A DNA stretch of 64,000 nt from Heteronotia binoei (GCF_032191835.1 NC_083228.1:111476001-111540000), one strand, 5' to 3'; counted from the stretch's first letter, positions 36,124-49,615 are shown. Notes: a model not told the origin generated them from the sequence alone. Numbers and translations are program-made.

Positions 36124-36923
36124 CTGAACTGGTATTGGTAGAACTGGTATTGGTAGATGCTACATTTCCCACAGTCAAGTCAAAGAAAACATTTCATGCA
36201 GTAGAGATGTAGTCAGTAGGAAAGCGATGGGTTTCACTAAGCCAGTCACTGAACCTTATGTAAATGCAAATGACTTGAATATGGGTGAATTGTTTTCTTT
36301 TCCCTTCCTTCATTTAGGAAATATTACTGGCTTAGTGGAACTCAGTAGTTGGTTAAGATCATCTCAGCATGTTGCAGTGAAAAAGGCAGATTCAATGAGA
36401 ATCACAAATGGAACCTTTGTTGCAGTTGCCAGATCCAATATCATACTAGGTTACCATAGGCGTCCTTTAATAATAATAATAATAATTTTTAATTTATATC
36501 CCACTCTCCAAGCCGAAGCAGGCTCAGAGCGGCTTACATAGCATAAAGATTCTACAGACCTTGAGATGTAAAATTTGTGGAAATTCTGAAGCCACAGAAA
36601 GAAATGGAAAAGGGGGGGGGGGGAGAGGAATGAAATATATGCAATACTTATTTTCCTATCAAACCAAAGCTTCTTTTACTGATTTAACAACATGAAATGC
36701 TATATTTATAGTTTAGTCTGTATATAAAATTCCAATATCTAGCATATTTATAGAATTTACCAGTATAAATATCTTAATTTCTATAAGAAAAATTGCAAGT
36801 ATACCCAATACTTGAGAAAGAGTAGCAAACTGCTGCACCCGATGCTCCTATAATACGTCTCTTTAATTTTTGCCATCTGAGAGGCAAGGAAAACAATCAA
36901 AGTTGAAGGGAGAAAACAAATTC

Positions 36924-37698
36924 TGCAATAAACAGAATGCGGCTCCCACCAACGGCAGGCTCAGCAGCCTTGCCTGAAGGGGCCATTTTGCCTCCTCGAA
37001 AGGAGGAAGAGGGGGCAAGGCTTCATGGGAAATGGGGGCGGAGCATACACGCCCTAACAGCTGGCTCCACTCTCGCTCCTCAGTTGGTGCCTCATGCTCC
37101 GAGAAACAATGCAAAAGAAAAATGGCAGCACAATTTATAAAATACAAAATTACAAAATATTGTGCACAAACAAACACTCTTGACTGGTGTATACAAAGTT
37201 CTATTATCATGAAATGAACAGCCTACAACAGTGGGCATACATTCATACAGTATAAATAGAAAACAAACAACAGTCTCAAAACAATATTCCAAGGAGGACC
37301 CCACACAGTCACTGAGTTTTCCAAACTGAGTACTAAGACTCAATAATAAAGTTCCACAGGAGTCCCTCCGTTGCTTGTTGACTTCTGAAGGACAAATTCT
37401 AGCCTTCACGCAAACCCCGGCTTTGATTGCGTTCCGCTGCTCCTGCAGCTTCCTCGTAAGTCAACTGAAACCTCCAGCCAAGTTCTTTTTCCAACGCCCA
37501 TTTTGGTATCTTAATTTGCAATAAACAGAATGCGGCTCCCACCGACGGCAGGCTCAGCAGTCTTGCCTGCAGGGGCCTTTTTGCCTCCTCGAAAGGAGGA
37601 AGAGGGGGCAAGGTTTCATGGGAAATGGGGGCGGAGCATACACGCCCTAACAGCTGGCTCCACTCTCGCTCCTCAGTTGGTGCCTCATGCTCTGAGAA
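36924..37698. repeat. 182-bp direct repeats (36924-37105, 37517-37698) around a 411-bp spacer
   Basis: 6 mismatches between copies; each starts tgcaataaacag and contains the GC box gggggcggagc. Confidence 0.95.
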
Positions 37699-38603
37699 GG
37701 CAGAGCTAACTTTTTAGCTCTTTCCCTGCACGAGGTTTTTGGGGTGTAGTCGTACGCCTGCAGTGGAGAAGACTCACTGTTGGCAGGTTCCTTGCTGCGC
37801 AAGGCTGCGGTGGTTTTCAAGGTTGCATCGAGCCAGAGGAGCGGGTTGTTGAGGCGGTTCTTGCCAGCTGATGGCGCACTCGCGCGGCCGGTGTTTGACA
37901 CCCACCCTCGCAGCAGTCTTCAACAGTGGCCGGCGGGGCCACATGGGTAAGAGCTTCATAGGAGTGCTGGAACACCGGCAGCCACGTCTTTTGATGCCAG
38001 GGTTTCGCACGGCCAGCATTTAACGCCCACACCACCCCCTTTTTCTTTTTGAGAGGGTAGCAGCCGGCCACAGCACTTTCACACGGCCATCGTTTAACAT
38101 CCGCGCCACTCCTTTTTTCTCCAGGGAGGTAGCTGCCGGCTGTGGTGCTTTCATGCGGCAGGCGTGCAACACCCACCCACCCCTCTCTCCTCCTGCTTTG
38201 GTATTCCGGGGTGGGTAGCTATCAGGTGTGGCATTCCTGGGCGGCCTGTGTGGGAACCCTCCTCTCCCCCCTCCCTGTTTTTTGGCTTCAAGGCTTCATC
38301 TTTTATTCAGGCTCCGACCTGTCTGGGATTTTTGACCCTCTGGGCATGTTTTCTGGGCACAATTTCCCATCCAGCTTCATCAGGAGGGTGGAGTTTTAGT
38401 CAGCCCTTGGACCCCATTATCCAAGCAGGGTAGCGGCCATCTTGGTGCTGATCACAGGTGGCCATTTTGTAGTCATTTGGGGGTGTTCTTCTTCCCCTGT
38501 TGCCAGGGGAGGTTCGCAACCATTTTGTGGTCATTATCTGAACAGCCATTTTGGGGAAGCCTTTGATGATTATTCTCCTTGTCCAGAGTAGGCAACAGTC
38601 ATC

Positions 38604-39936
38604 TTGCAGGGTAAATCTAAGGGCAAGAGCCCTGCACAAAAATCTAAGCGGCCTGCACCTAAGCGCCTGGGGCCTCAGCCTTCATCGACTGAGGATGAAG
38701 ATGACACTTTTGAGCAGTCCATTTTAGCCAAGCTAGCCACTTTAGAGGGTTTTGGCAATAGGCAGCCTGTTTTATTGGGGGGTGGGTAAAACGGGTGCGG
38801 CTTCCAAGGCAGACAAGCATACTGCTAAGAAGTGCTTCCAGGAAGAAATCCTTAACCGCTTGTCTTCCCTTGAAAGCAGGTCTTCCACGGATGAGATGGT
38901 TGTAGTGTTGCCTCTTCCAGTGGAGGTGCCCGATATGGATGTTTTGCAAGGCTTGAATTTGGGTAGGGGTGAGTTCGCACAGCACACTACCACAGCTTGG
39001 CCCTGGGAGCTGTGGGGGCAGTCAGCCGCTTTCAGGCCGGTTGCAAATAGTCAGCCTGCAGCTTTTAATAATTCCCAATCTTGGGTTTGGGGCCTTAACC
39101 TGGCTAGCCCTTTGGGAGGGCCTGCCTGGCCAGTTCCCGGGAGCGTCCTCGGCCCCGTATGGTGGCTGGGGTTTTTCTTATCCTTGGGGTCTGTCATACT
39201 CTGCTGTTTCAGCTAAAGCTTTGCCTTTTGGTGACCTGGCCCTACCCCTTGGGGATCACTTGTTGCCGGCCACCAAGGATAAAATACAGAAGGGGGATTT
39301 TGTGGACCTATTTTCTCTGTTCTACAGGGAGCTGAAGAAAAAGGATAAAGAGGACCTGGATGATAGGGAAAAGGAAAAAATCAAGCAGTGGAAGGTTGAT
39401 AGGACCTGGGCCATTTGGGTGCCTGGGTTCATTATTTATACTGGAATTATTTCCAGGTCGCAACCATGGAGGGCCACTTCTCTTTTCCAGTATTTAGACA
39501 TCATATACAAAAGCTACACCAGCTTTCCTGGCCCCGCCTGGCTTCAGTATGACAAGGAGTTCAGGATGAGGGCAGCTTTGAACCCTGCCCTTCAATGGGA
39601 TCAGATTCAGCCACAGCTGTGGCTGCAGGTTATGTCTCCAGCATGACCTAATCTGGGTGCTAGGACAGATAGTGGACATGTTGTGCAGTGCACAGCCACT
39701 GCTTCTGGTGCCCGCAGCAGTGCAAGGCAGGCGGTTCAACCCTGCCTGCTCTGCTGGGAGTTCGGGTCCCGTGGGTGTGTGGTAAAAAGAATTGCCCATA
39801 CAAACATGAGTGCCCTCTCTGCAGGGGGTCTCATTCCTTCACAAATTGTTCCAGGGATGAACCCAGGAGGGGACAGCGCAAACAGAGCCCGGATGGTGCA
39901 GATAAACCATTTGGAAAAGGGCTCCAGCCCAATTAG
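38604..39936 (+). pseudogene. Ngaro gag (frameshifted)
   Basis: ALPLGDHL, ELKKKDKEDLDDREKEK, DKEFRMRAA, CWEFGSRGCV.KKNCPYKHECPLCRGSH. Confidence 0.88.
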
Positions 39937-41500
39937 GGTGACAGTGCTTGAGGCATGGCTCCGTAATTATGCAAAGGATGAGGATAGGCTTTATTTGTTA
40001 AATGGTTTTAGGTTCGGTTTCAGAATTCCTTTCCAGGGCCCCCGAAAGCCATTTATGGCCAATAACCTGAAGTCAGTTATAGGGATGGAGCACATAGTTC
40101 GTCAAAAGATTGGGAAGGAATTAGCTGAAGGTAGGGTGATTGGTCCATTTCCCGCACCCCCCGTGAGTACTTTGAGGGTCTCTCCTTTGGGCATTATGCC
40201 TAAAAAGGCCCCGGGGGAGTTCAGATTGATCCATCATTTATCTTACCCTCATGGGGAATCGGTGAATGATGCCATACCAGAAAATTTATGTACCGTGCAG
40301 TACACATCTTTTGACCAAGCGGTGCAGATGGTAAGGCTGTGTGGTAGGTGCTGAGTTGGCAAAGTGCGACATAAAATCAGCCTTTTGCCTTCTCCCTATT
40401 CACCCTTTGGATTTTGAATTGCTGGGTTTCCAATTTGAAGGGCAGTTTTATATGGATAGGGCCCTGCCCATGGGGTGCTCCATTTCTTGTGCTGCTTTTG
40501 AGCGCTTTAGCTCTTTTTTAGAATGGGTGGTGTGCCTTAGGGCTCATTTGAGCAATGTGGTGCATTACCTTGATGACTTTCTATTTGCTGGCTCCTTAGG
40601 CTCTGGTCAGTGTGCCCACTTGATGGCAGCCTTTGCAGCGTAGTCTGAGGAGCTGGGCATTCCCTAGCTCATGAGAAGACTGAGGGCCCTACCCAGCAAT
40701 TGACATTCTTAGGAATTGAACTGGATTCCTTCCTTCACGCCTCCCAAGGGACAAAATTCTAGGTCTCCAGGAAATGGTTGCACAGTTTTTGCTGCGGCGA
40801 AAGGCAACCTTGAGGAAACTGCAACAGTTGGTGGGTCACCTAAACTTCATTTGTTAGGTGGTCGCTCCTGGTCATCCTTTCTTGAGGAGGCTGTGTGATG
40901 CAATGGCTGGACTACGCCAGCCTCATCACAGAATTAGGATTTCCAGAAGTATGCAGGAGGACCTTTTGCTATGGCAGGAATTTTTAACCTCCTTGAATGG
41001 TGTCTCCTTTTGGAGGGCTGATTTATTGCTGGAAGCCGAGCTTCAAATTACATCTGACACCATGGGGTCCCTAGGGTTTGGCGTCTACTTCTGCAGACAC
41101 TGGTGTGTGGAGGATTGGCCTCTGGAATGGATAGAGGCTGGGTGAAACAGAGATTTGACTTTCTTGGAGTTCTTTCCGATCTTGATGGCCATTTGGTTCT
41201 GAGGGGACGAGTTGGCAGATCACACAGTCCACTTTTGGTGTGACAACTTAGCTGTGGTACATGTCATCAATTCCTTCACGTCCAAATCCCCCAGGGTTAT
41301 GAGGCTTGTGCGGGCTTTCACTCTTCAGTGCCTGTGGCTGAACATTTTTTTTCACCAGGCATGTGCCTGGGGTGGCTGACGCTCTCTCTCGCAAACAGAT
41401 GCAGAGGTTTCGCCAGCTTGCCCCAGACACAGATCTTCTTCCAACAATGATGCCCCCCAAAATATGGAGGATTGGTGGGTCGAGGCCGGCAGAGCGATAA
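39683..41500 (+). pseudogene. Ngaro RT/RNase H (frameshifts, stops)
   Basis: SPLGIMPKK, KCDIKSAF, ALPMGCSISC, HYLDDF, TSDTMGSLGFG, WCDNLAVV. Confidence 0.94.
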
Positions 41501-42352
41501 GTCTCGCCATTGCTCCTAGCACCAGAAAAGCATATAACAGGGCAGTAAGCCAATTTGAAAGTTTCAGGACCAAAGTCAGTTACCATAGGGAATGGCCTCT
41601 TCTGGCGGAGCAATTACTCCACTATAGCGTTTCTTTAAGGTTCCAGGGCCTAGCAGTTCGATCCATTAGGGGCTGGCTGTTGGCTTTAGCCTTCACTAGT
41701 AAGGCCATGGGGTTCCAGGAGCATACTGGTGACTTCCACATTAAGAAAATGCTGAAAGGCTGGTCCAGAGAAGCAGGACCCAGACCGGATGCCAGGCATC
41801 CAATTTCCCCCAGAGTTCTTAGGCGTTTATGGTCAGTCTGGGGCCAAGTGTGTATGTCGGATTAGGAAACGCTGCTATTTCATGCAGTCTCCCTTGTGGC
41901 ATTTTTTGGGGCTCTCAGGGTGAGTGAGCTGGTGGCTTAGTCCAAAAGGGACGTTTTGGGTAGGATGACAGATCTGTACATATTACAGTTCATTGCTCCA
42001 AGACCGACCAATTGCAACAGGGGAACACTATTCATTTGGGCTCTTGTTCTGATGTGAAGCTCTGTCCCATAGCTGTTTAAATGCACTACCTTGCTGCCTG
42101 TGGTCCCGGTGCTGGCCTGTTGTTATGTCATGGGAACTGGAGTCCCCTGACGAAGCATCAATTTTGGTCAGTGACAGTCAAAGCCCTTGCTAGGCTAGGC
42201 CTGTCAGGGGTTAAGTTCGGCACTCTCTCTTTCTGCATAGGTGCAGCATCCACAGCTGCGGCCCTGGGTACTCCCCACTGGCCATTCAGAAGCTTGGTAG
42301 GTGGTGTTCTTTGGCCTATAAAGGCTATGTTCACCCTCTTGCGCTGCAGTAG
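41464..42352 (+). pseudogene. Ngaro tyrosine recombinase
   Basis: IAPSTRKAY, FFGALRVSE, SKTDQ, GTLSFCIGAA (HSFR decayed); internal deletion near 41965. Confidence 0.9.
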
Positions 42353-42403
42353 CTGACATCAGGTTATTGGGGAGATGTTATTTACTTGTTCTTCTTTTCT
42401 CAG

Positions 42404-42990
42404 GTGCTGTGGTCCGTGGAGAGAGACAACACGTCCTCATACGTGGACACAGCTTCGTGTTCTGGGCTGCCCATCAGGCCAGGAGGACTTCAGCCAGGTC
42501 ACAGCTGGGGCTCAGCCAGTGGGCCACCAGTGAATGGCATGGATGGCGGGGTCTCCATTGGTTGGGCCTGTTGCCCCTATTGTTTGAAAATGTTCATGTT
42601 TTGCCACCACATGTTGTCATGATACATTTAGGGGGGAACGATCTAGGATTGCTCAAGGAAAAAGCCCTTGTGCTGCAGGCTAAGGATGACTTTAGAGTCA
42701 TTAAGAGCCGTTGGCCTCAGGCTTTGATTTTGTGGTCTGCCATGATCCCGTGCCAGGTATGGCGTGGGGCATGGTACCCAAGGGTGATCGATAGAGCTCA
42801 CCGCAAAGCTAATTTGGAAATGAAAAAAGCCCTGGGGGGGGGGGGGTTGGGCCACTTTCTCTCATACCCTGGAATCCGTGCTGATTGCACGGATTTCTAC
42901 AGGCAAGATTGCGTCCATCTTTCCGATAAAGGGAATGACGCCTTTTTGGAAGATCTGAAAGAAGGGCTTAAGGCAGTACTGAGTGTTTAG
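42404..42990 (+). CDS. Ngaro SGNH/GDSL hydrolase, stop-free
   Basis: GHSFVFW, HLGGNDLG, DCVHLS; Ser-Asp-His positions kept; no in-frame ATG before the GHS block. Confidence 0.88.
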
Positions 42991-44375
42991 TGGGTCCATC
43001 TCTTCCTTCCGTCTGTGGGGGCAATAAACCTATATTTGGACAGAAACTTTTTCATAAAGCTACAATGACAGCATGTTTGGATATTTAGCTAAACTATAAA
43101 ATTGAAAACTCTAGACTCTTTAATAATCAGCATATTAATTGTTGCTCAAATTATTTACATCTAAAGAAAAAAAAATCTTGAAAATATATGTGTCTTCTAC
43201 ACCATAAGATTTTTTAAGTGTTCTTCTAGGCTTTCTGATTTTTCATGCTGTATATTTGGAATGAGTGTAATTCTTTGTGAGAAATGGCTTTTCTTATTGA
43301 AAAAGGGAGACTATTTCATAGGAGGTTGGTTTTTTTCAGTGCTTCTCCAAATTCCAGTTTTCTAATGGATTTGAAAGTTCACAATTTTTTTCATGCTATG
43401 CATTTTAAATGTGAAAAACACTTATTGTAAAAGAGAAAAATTATTATAGGAATTTCTTTCAGTGGTCCCCCAAATTTTCTATAGGAAAAATTGGAGGGGA
43501 GGCCTTGGAAAGAATGAAGGGAACACACACACGCATACACACAAATCTTCCCCTCACAAGCCCTCACATGTCTAGACCTAACTGACACAGCCCTCCAAGA
43601 GCTGGGCAGACATCTGGTATATTTTCATAGGACTGCTATAAGGAAAAAAGACAGAGAAGATGCATATACTTGCCCAGCCTGGGCATGCAGGTTTTTTTTT
43701 TTAATTTGCAGTTTTGTTCAATACATGCTAAGCCTTGTTCATTGCCCCCAGTCGTCCCCCACCGGTGGCCCGAGGGCATCTGGCCACCCTATTTGCATAT
43801 TTTTTGCAAGTTATACAAAAGACAGAATTGTTCACGTACCATATTCCAGAAAGCAGTCTGTTCTCTCACCTACCTACGTTAGAGGAGAATCTTCCACCCA
43901 CTCCTGACATCCTTTTGGATTAGTAAAGCTTTACTCATGTAGATTTCTTGTGACACCATCACATTTAGGGAACAAGTGGATAAGAACAGGGAATCCAATT
44001 AGATTTAGACAACTTTCTCTCACTTTGCTAGGAGAAATTCTTCTGTTAATAATAAAGCTCTCTCACTAAAAATAGAAACACTAATACGCACTTGCCACTT
44101 CCATCTGAATTAGTTTATTTTACCTGTTGGCAAACTGGTAGTTAAAGGAGCTGCAAGGCAAACTCTTCTGAAGTTTCTGATTTCTTAATCATACTAGCGA
44201 TAGCATGAGAAAAAAAAACTTACCACGCATCTCTTTTACATTACTAAATAGTTATCACACATAACCCAAATAATTGATGCTATGGAGATTATATTATGTT
44301 CTTAGCTTCCTTGAACTTTTATGAGGATGCAACGATTTGAGCACATTTAAAGAAATAGTAGGAATTAATGCTCGA

Positions 44376-44575
44376 CAGCCCAGGCTAGCTCAATCTTATC
44401 AGATCTTGGAAGATAAGCAGGGTCAGCCCTGGCTAGCATTTGGATGGGCAAACTCCAGGGAATGCCAGGGTCATGATGCAGAGGCAGGCAAACCACCTCT
44501 GAACATTTCTTGTCTTGAAAACCCTAGGGGGTCACTGGAAGTCACCTGTGACTTGACAGCACTTTCTACCACTGC
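44376..44575 (+). mobile_element. 5S-headed Sauria-type SINE
   Basis: 5S-like gatcttggaagataagcagggtcagccctgg...tggatggg fused to ggcaaaccacctctg...gtgacttgac body. Confidence 0.75.
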
Positions 44576-44802
44576 CATCAGTCCAACAACTGGTTAAACT
44601 TGGGGGAAATAATGTCTCTCAACCATGGCCTGATGCTGTGGTTTTAGCTGCACCTGCCTGGAAGAGGGTGTGATAGGCTATTTTACAAATGGGTTGAATC
44701 CAGTTTAAATTGGTAATTTTTGTTGCTCTCCCTACCTGCTACCCATTGTTCCCCTGGGTGTTCGTTTAAACATGCTGGCTGTTTGGCCTAATACTTAAGA
44801 GA

Positions 44803-44874
44803 AATTGCTAAAAGGATTATTGCAGCTTGAAGAAGCTCAATTGCTAAGAGGATTACTGCAGCTTGAAGAAGCTC
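44803..44874. repeat. 36-bp tandem duplication
   Basis: aattgctaa(a/g)aggatta(t/c)tgcagcttgaagaagctc x2. Confidence 0.95.
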
Positions 44875-45370
44875 ACACGAAACAAGGGTTCAGTACGACC
44901 TTGTCCTTGGAAACTTGGATTATTGGCTGCATTTTTTGACAAACATTAAACATCTGGAGTTCTACACCAGGATTTCATGGAATGAGATGGGAAGTTTTAC
45001 CACAGGATGAAAAGAAGGACTCTTGGTGCTGATGCTTCCTTTTGCATTAAGGACTAAAAGTTATGGTTGTTTTGTAATTTATGATGGTGGGATTTATATG
45101 AGTATGTTTATCTTTGTTGACTTTGTATAATTCAATAATAGAAGCTGGTTTTCACAGTGGGTTATGTACCTTTATTTTTCTGTCCCACCCGGGGGTTGGC
45201 AACCCTAGCAGAGCAAGTAATATCAGGAAAGCAGCAACATCCTCTCCCCACGGCCATAGCTGTGAGCCAGCTGGCCATCTCCAAAGTGCTACCAAGAAAT
45301 AAAAAGGTTAGGAAACATTCCTGTTTAAAATAACAAATGAAACCTGCTGCATGATCGTTTTATCACTTAC

Positions 45371-45459
45371 CTGACCACCTTGACACCATTGCAGATAACC
45401 TCCATGTCAACAGAGAAGTTGCCATTGGCGTAAGCTACCAAATTTAGAGAGAACTCTGC
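45371..45459 (-). CDS. Open candidate exon of unidentified gene
   Basis: Acceptor ctttttgtgtcttccag, donor cag/gtaagt (consensus); [29 protein letters not shown]; the other two frames have stops. Confidence 0.6.
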
Positions 45460-45621
45460 CTGGAAGACACAAAAAGCACCAATCCACATAAGATGAACAT
45501 TTGCAACCTCAACAGATACCTGCTGTCACTAGGCTACAAAGACCAATTTGAAGAGGATTGGGTCACAGAAAAGATGTCCAGAGTCAACTATCAGGTTTGC
45601 CCGGTACAGGGCAGTTCATAA

Positions 45622-45762
45622 TTAGGAAGCACAATGGTTTTCAAACTGCTTTTGAAGAAACATTGGGAGTTCCTTGAGGTTTAGTGGGGATTCCTCAATT
45701 AGAGGATCAGTGATAGCAGCATAGCTTCCCTGAAATACTTGCCCATCACTACCAATCTTTCC
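45622..45762 (-). pseudogene. Candidate exon segment
   Basis: Acceptor cctgtatgtttcag; GKIGSDGQVFQGSYAAITDPLIEESPLNLKELPMFLQKQFE then a stop; donor unclear. Confidence 0.3.
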
Positions 45763-48700
45763 CTGAAACATACAGGCCCAAGAGAGTGTTGGACATACTT
45801 TACTGTACATTATACCCATACAGGGCAACAGCAAAGCCCAATGGATCAGGCTAATGCACCATACAAACCACAACAAAGTACTTTTCAGGATGTCAGAGGG
45901 AATCGGAGCAAGTTAAAGAAAGTTTAGCCATTACTGTAACACCCTAAGCATCTTGGAAGAATTTCAGGATAAAGATGCATAACACCACTAAATATTTACA
46001 TAATGCTCATAAAAATAACAATGTGGATGAATGGAAGTCTCAAATTTCTTTGTTAGATTTCTGCAAACTGATGGGTTTATTATACGAAGTTCTGGTCAAT
46101 TGTATACACAAAGTCCATGCATATTCTGGAGTCTTGTTATCTCTTTTGTGCACAATTGACTAGGCTATTAGGATTTCAGATTAACTGGATTGTGAAGCAG
46201 GCTGGGATTATTATTATTTTTTGAGCGGGGGGAGATGGTATCTTTGTCCAAATCACATTGTGAAAGCAAAGTTCATTGTGTGGCATTTTCTCCCCTCCCT
46301 CTCCTGCTGTATCTCACTGAATGAATTCCCTAGAATTTTGTGCCCAGTGGTCAAGAAACCATCACTAATACCAGTGTGTATGGGGTGGGGGACAGGCTGG
46401 AGATCTGTGATGGGAGTGGAAGTCAGTAAAAATCATGTCCCCCATCCTTAGCCTATAGAAGTGATGTTCTACAGGCATAAGGGCCCCTACATGCTGTAAT
46501 GATATTGATGAATTCAACCCATGGTATGATAGAATCATGCATTACAATTTTACAATTGTTTACTAAAAGCTGTTCTACCATTGTTCACCCAGTAATTAGG
46601 TCACTATCATTATCCTTTACATATTATTGTTCTCTTCAGCAGAAGTAAGCTATATTTTTTTTTATTTGCTACCAATTTTGCACATTTTTAAACTTTTTTT
46701 TAAGAAGAAAGAGAGGCATTTACAAGACAGTTTTTGTAACTCAGGTGAGAACAGAACTATTGTGTAGGTGGCAAAACATATGTTAATGAGCCAGGAATTG
46801 CTAATTGGAATATAACCTTGAGCAAAATCATTTGGCTTCATAGTGCTGTATTCATAATTCTTGAGACACTAAAGCTGTTTCAGATTCATAATGAGGCTGC
46901 TAATGATCACAAGAACATGTGGTGGGTTTTACAAACAAAGTAAGCCCATGAAATAAACTTCTTCTGGTGTTTCACATATTCAAATGCATGCCTAAATTAT
47001 ACACAGTTTACACAACTGGTTACGCTGATCTCTTATCATTCTGTGACAATGGAAGTATATTGATCCCAATATAAAAAGAAATCTGAGCAAGATAAGATGA
47101 TGACTTGCATTCAATTGAGCTATTGTAGGGTCTGAACAATTTCTGCACAACTTTATGGCCTCCCCAATCCCAGAGCCCTAAATAGCCCCTGAAATCACAC
47201 CTCCCTGGGACAGCATTCCGTGGGGCATTCCATGGAGATGCAATGGGAAGAGAGAAGCAAGAAAGTCAGAGAGAAACTGATCTGGAACGTACCCCTATGA
47301 AAGTCATAGAAACATTGAGCTGGAAGGTACCTTACGGGTCATCAGTCTCCTGTACAATGTAAGAAATCCATATCACATCTGCCTCACCGCCACTCCCCCA
47401 GTGACCCCTGCTTTGTGCCTGGAGGGCACTCAGGTGGGTGTTCATGGGTGGAAATGGTTTCATCTTTAGAAATACTGCATTGGATCTGAGCCCATTATTT
47501 TAAAGGGCTTTCCAGTGATTTAAACAAAAATCTTATATCTCCATATCCCCGTCACTGGAAATCTTGCTCAACCTTCCTGTTCTTCTACCTTCAGATCCCA
47601 TTTCTTCATATCTTATCACTGGAAATCTTGTTGAACCTTCCTACCTTCAGATCACCCCCCTTCCCCCCGGACTGAGCACATCATCTCAACATAAGCATAC
47701 CTTTTTCAGTAAACAAAAATTACAATTTTGGTATGCCTGGTTATTTAGACAGGCAATTTTTTGCCCTTGCAACTGGATTAATACTTCCACATGCCATGAT
47801 ACACAACATCAGAACTAAATGTCCAGGTGTGATGTACTAAGTAAATAATTACTAAGCTTGAAGCAAATGCCCATTGCAGGTCAGGATCCTGAAGCCAACA
47901 TTCTGATTGGTCATTCTGCTAGAATCAGCCAATCAGGAAGTGAGGCATTTTGGAAGGAAATGCAAATGAAGGATTATAGAGGCCACAGTGGAATTGATGA
48001 GTGACTGCTTGAGGGGCCGTGGTTTTCTTTGTTCCAACTGTATATATTTGTTCACTGCCAGTTTGTAGTTGGGGACTGCTTCTCAATAAACATGTTCTTG
48101 CTTACAAAGAGCTGACTGAGCCCACTTTATAATACTACCATGCTAAGACAGCATCAGAAGATTGAATGCCCCCTCGGTGCCAGCAATATAAGCAAATGCT
48201 TGCATGCACAAGGGAGTCTCCATAATGCTGGGAGTAACAGTGCCAACCTAAGCAGAGTTATACCTTTCTAACTCAATTGAAGTCAATGTTTTTAGAAGGA
48301 TGTAACTGTGTTTAGGATGGCACTGTGTTTTCTAAAGCATAAATTGATAATACTTTAAAGCATGCACAGAAAATGCTTTGAGCAAATGCATGTGTATTGC
48401 TGGCAGCTGCAACCAGTACAACGCAAGAAAACTGAGCATTATGGAATGCTGCTGATATTAAAGATAATGGTCACTGTAAGTACTGTTGAGCTAATGAACT
48501 GATGGCTGTGTACTGGTGGAATGTTCATTGCATTATAAATTGATGATGTTTTGATTGGAAAACTGCACTCAAATGAGTTTTGATGGATAATCCACATTTT
48601 GATACCAGTAGACTTCGGTGACAGAATATAAAGTAATGAATTAATAAATACAAATGAGCTACTGAACTCCTAATTTTCATAGAGGTTAATAAAAACCTAG

Positions 48701-49342
48701 TATGTGATTTCATTACTGCATTATTGATGGTTAATGGACTGTAACTGTTGAGATGACTTTTTAAAAAAAATATATAGACCTGTTTATCTCAGCTGAAAAC
48801 AGCATTAATAATAATGATCAATAATACAATACTGAAAGTCATCTTCTCTTAATGATAGAATATTGAGAATGAAATTACTAATGTATGGTAAATAACACAA
48901 AAAATGAATCACTCATTATTTAGAAAGTATGTCATTCCACCAAGGGGTAAAGTCTGAAACAGAGAGGAAAGAACTACACAAATATTAACAATAAGACAAT
49001 TGTCTTTATTAACTAAGAAATAGTACATGATTCATACCTATATTCACTAAGGCCTCTGAAGATGGGATCAAAACAAAAAGGAAATGGGGACCAACTGTAT
49101 GTGAGGTCAAAGAGCCCAGATTAGATGATTTTGGGCCGCTTCAGAAGAAGAAATCTTGCATCTAGCAGAATTAATTTCAGCAGGTGATGAAAGATTAGTG
49201 TGCATTGAAGCTATAGCATCTAGCTATTTTAAGAACAAGAGTAAACATCAGCTTTCTATTTTCAATGATATTATAAGACAAATATATTAAACTACACATT
49301 TTACTCATTCCCAAATAGACTTTATTCCCCAGATGACTATTT

Positions 49343-49615
49343 GAAGAAGAAGACATTGGATTAATATTCCGCCCTCCACTCAGAGCCTCAGAGCGACTCA
49401 CAATCTCCTTTATCTCCTTCCCCCACAACAAACACCCTGTGAGGTGGGTGGGGCTGAGAGGGCTCTCACAGCAGCTGCCCTTTCAAGGAGAACCTCTGCC
49501 AGAGTGATGGCTGACCCAAAGCCATGCTAGCACATGCAAGTGGAGGAGTGGGAAATCAAACCCAGTTCTCCCAGATAAGAGTCCGCACACTTAACCACTA
49601 CACTAAACTGGCTCT
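49343..49615 (-). mobile_element. Squam3-like SINE
   Basis: Highly similar to 35843-36123. Confidence 0.9.

Larger units (their letters stand above)
37700..43030 (+). mobile_element. Ngaro-type tyrosine-recombinase retrotransposon, copy 2 (divergent family)
   Basis: Same four-ORF order as copy 1 with clearly diverged sequence; 3' end stops shortly after the SGNH ORF. Ends approximate. Confidence 0.9.
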
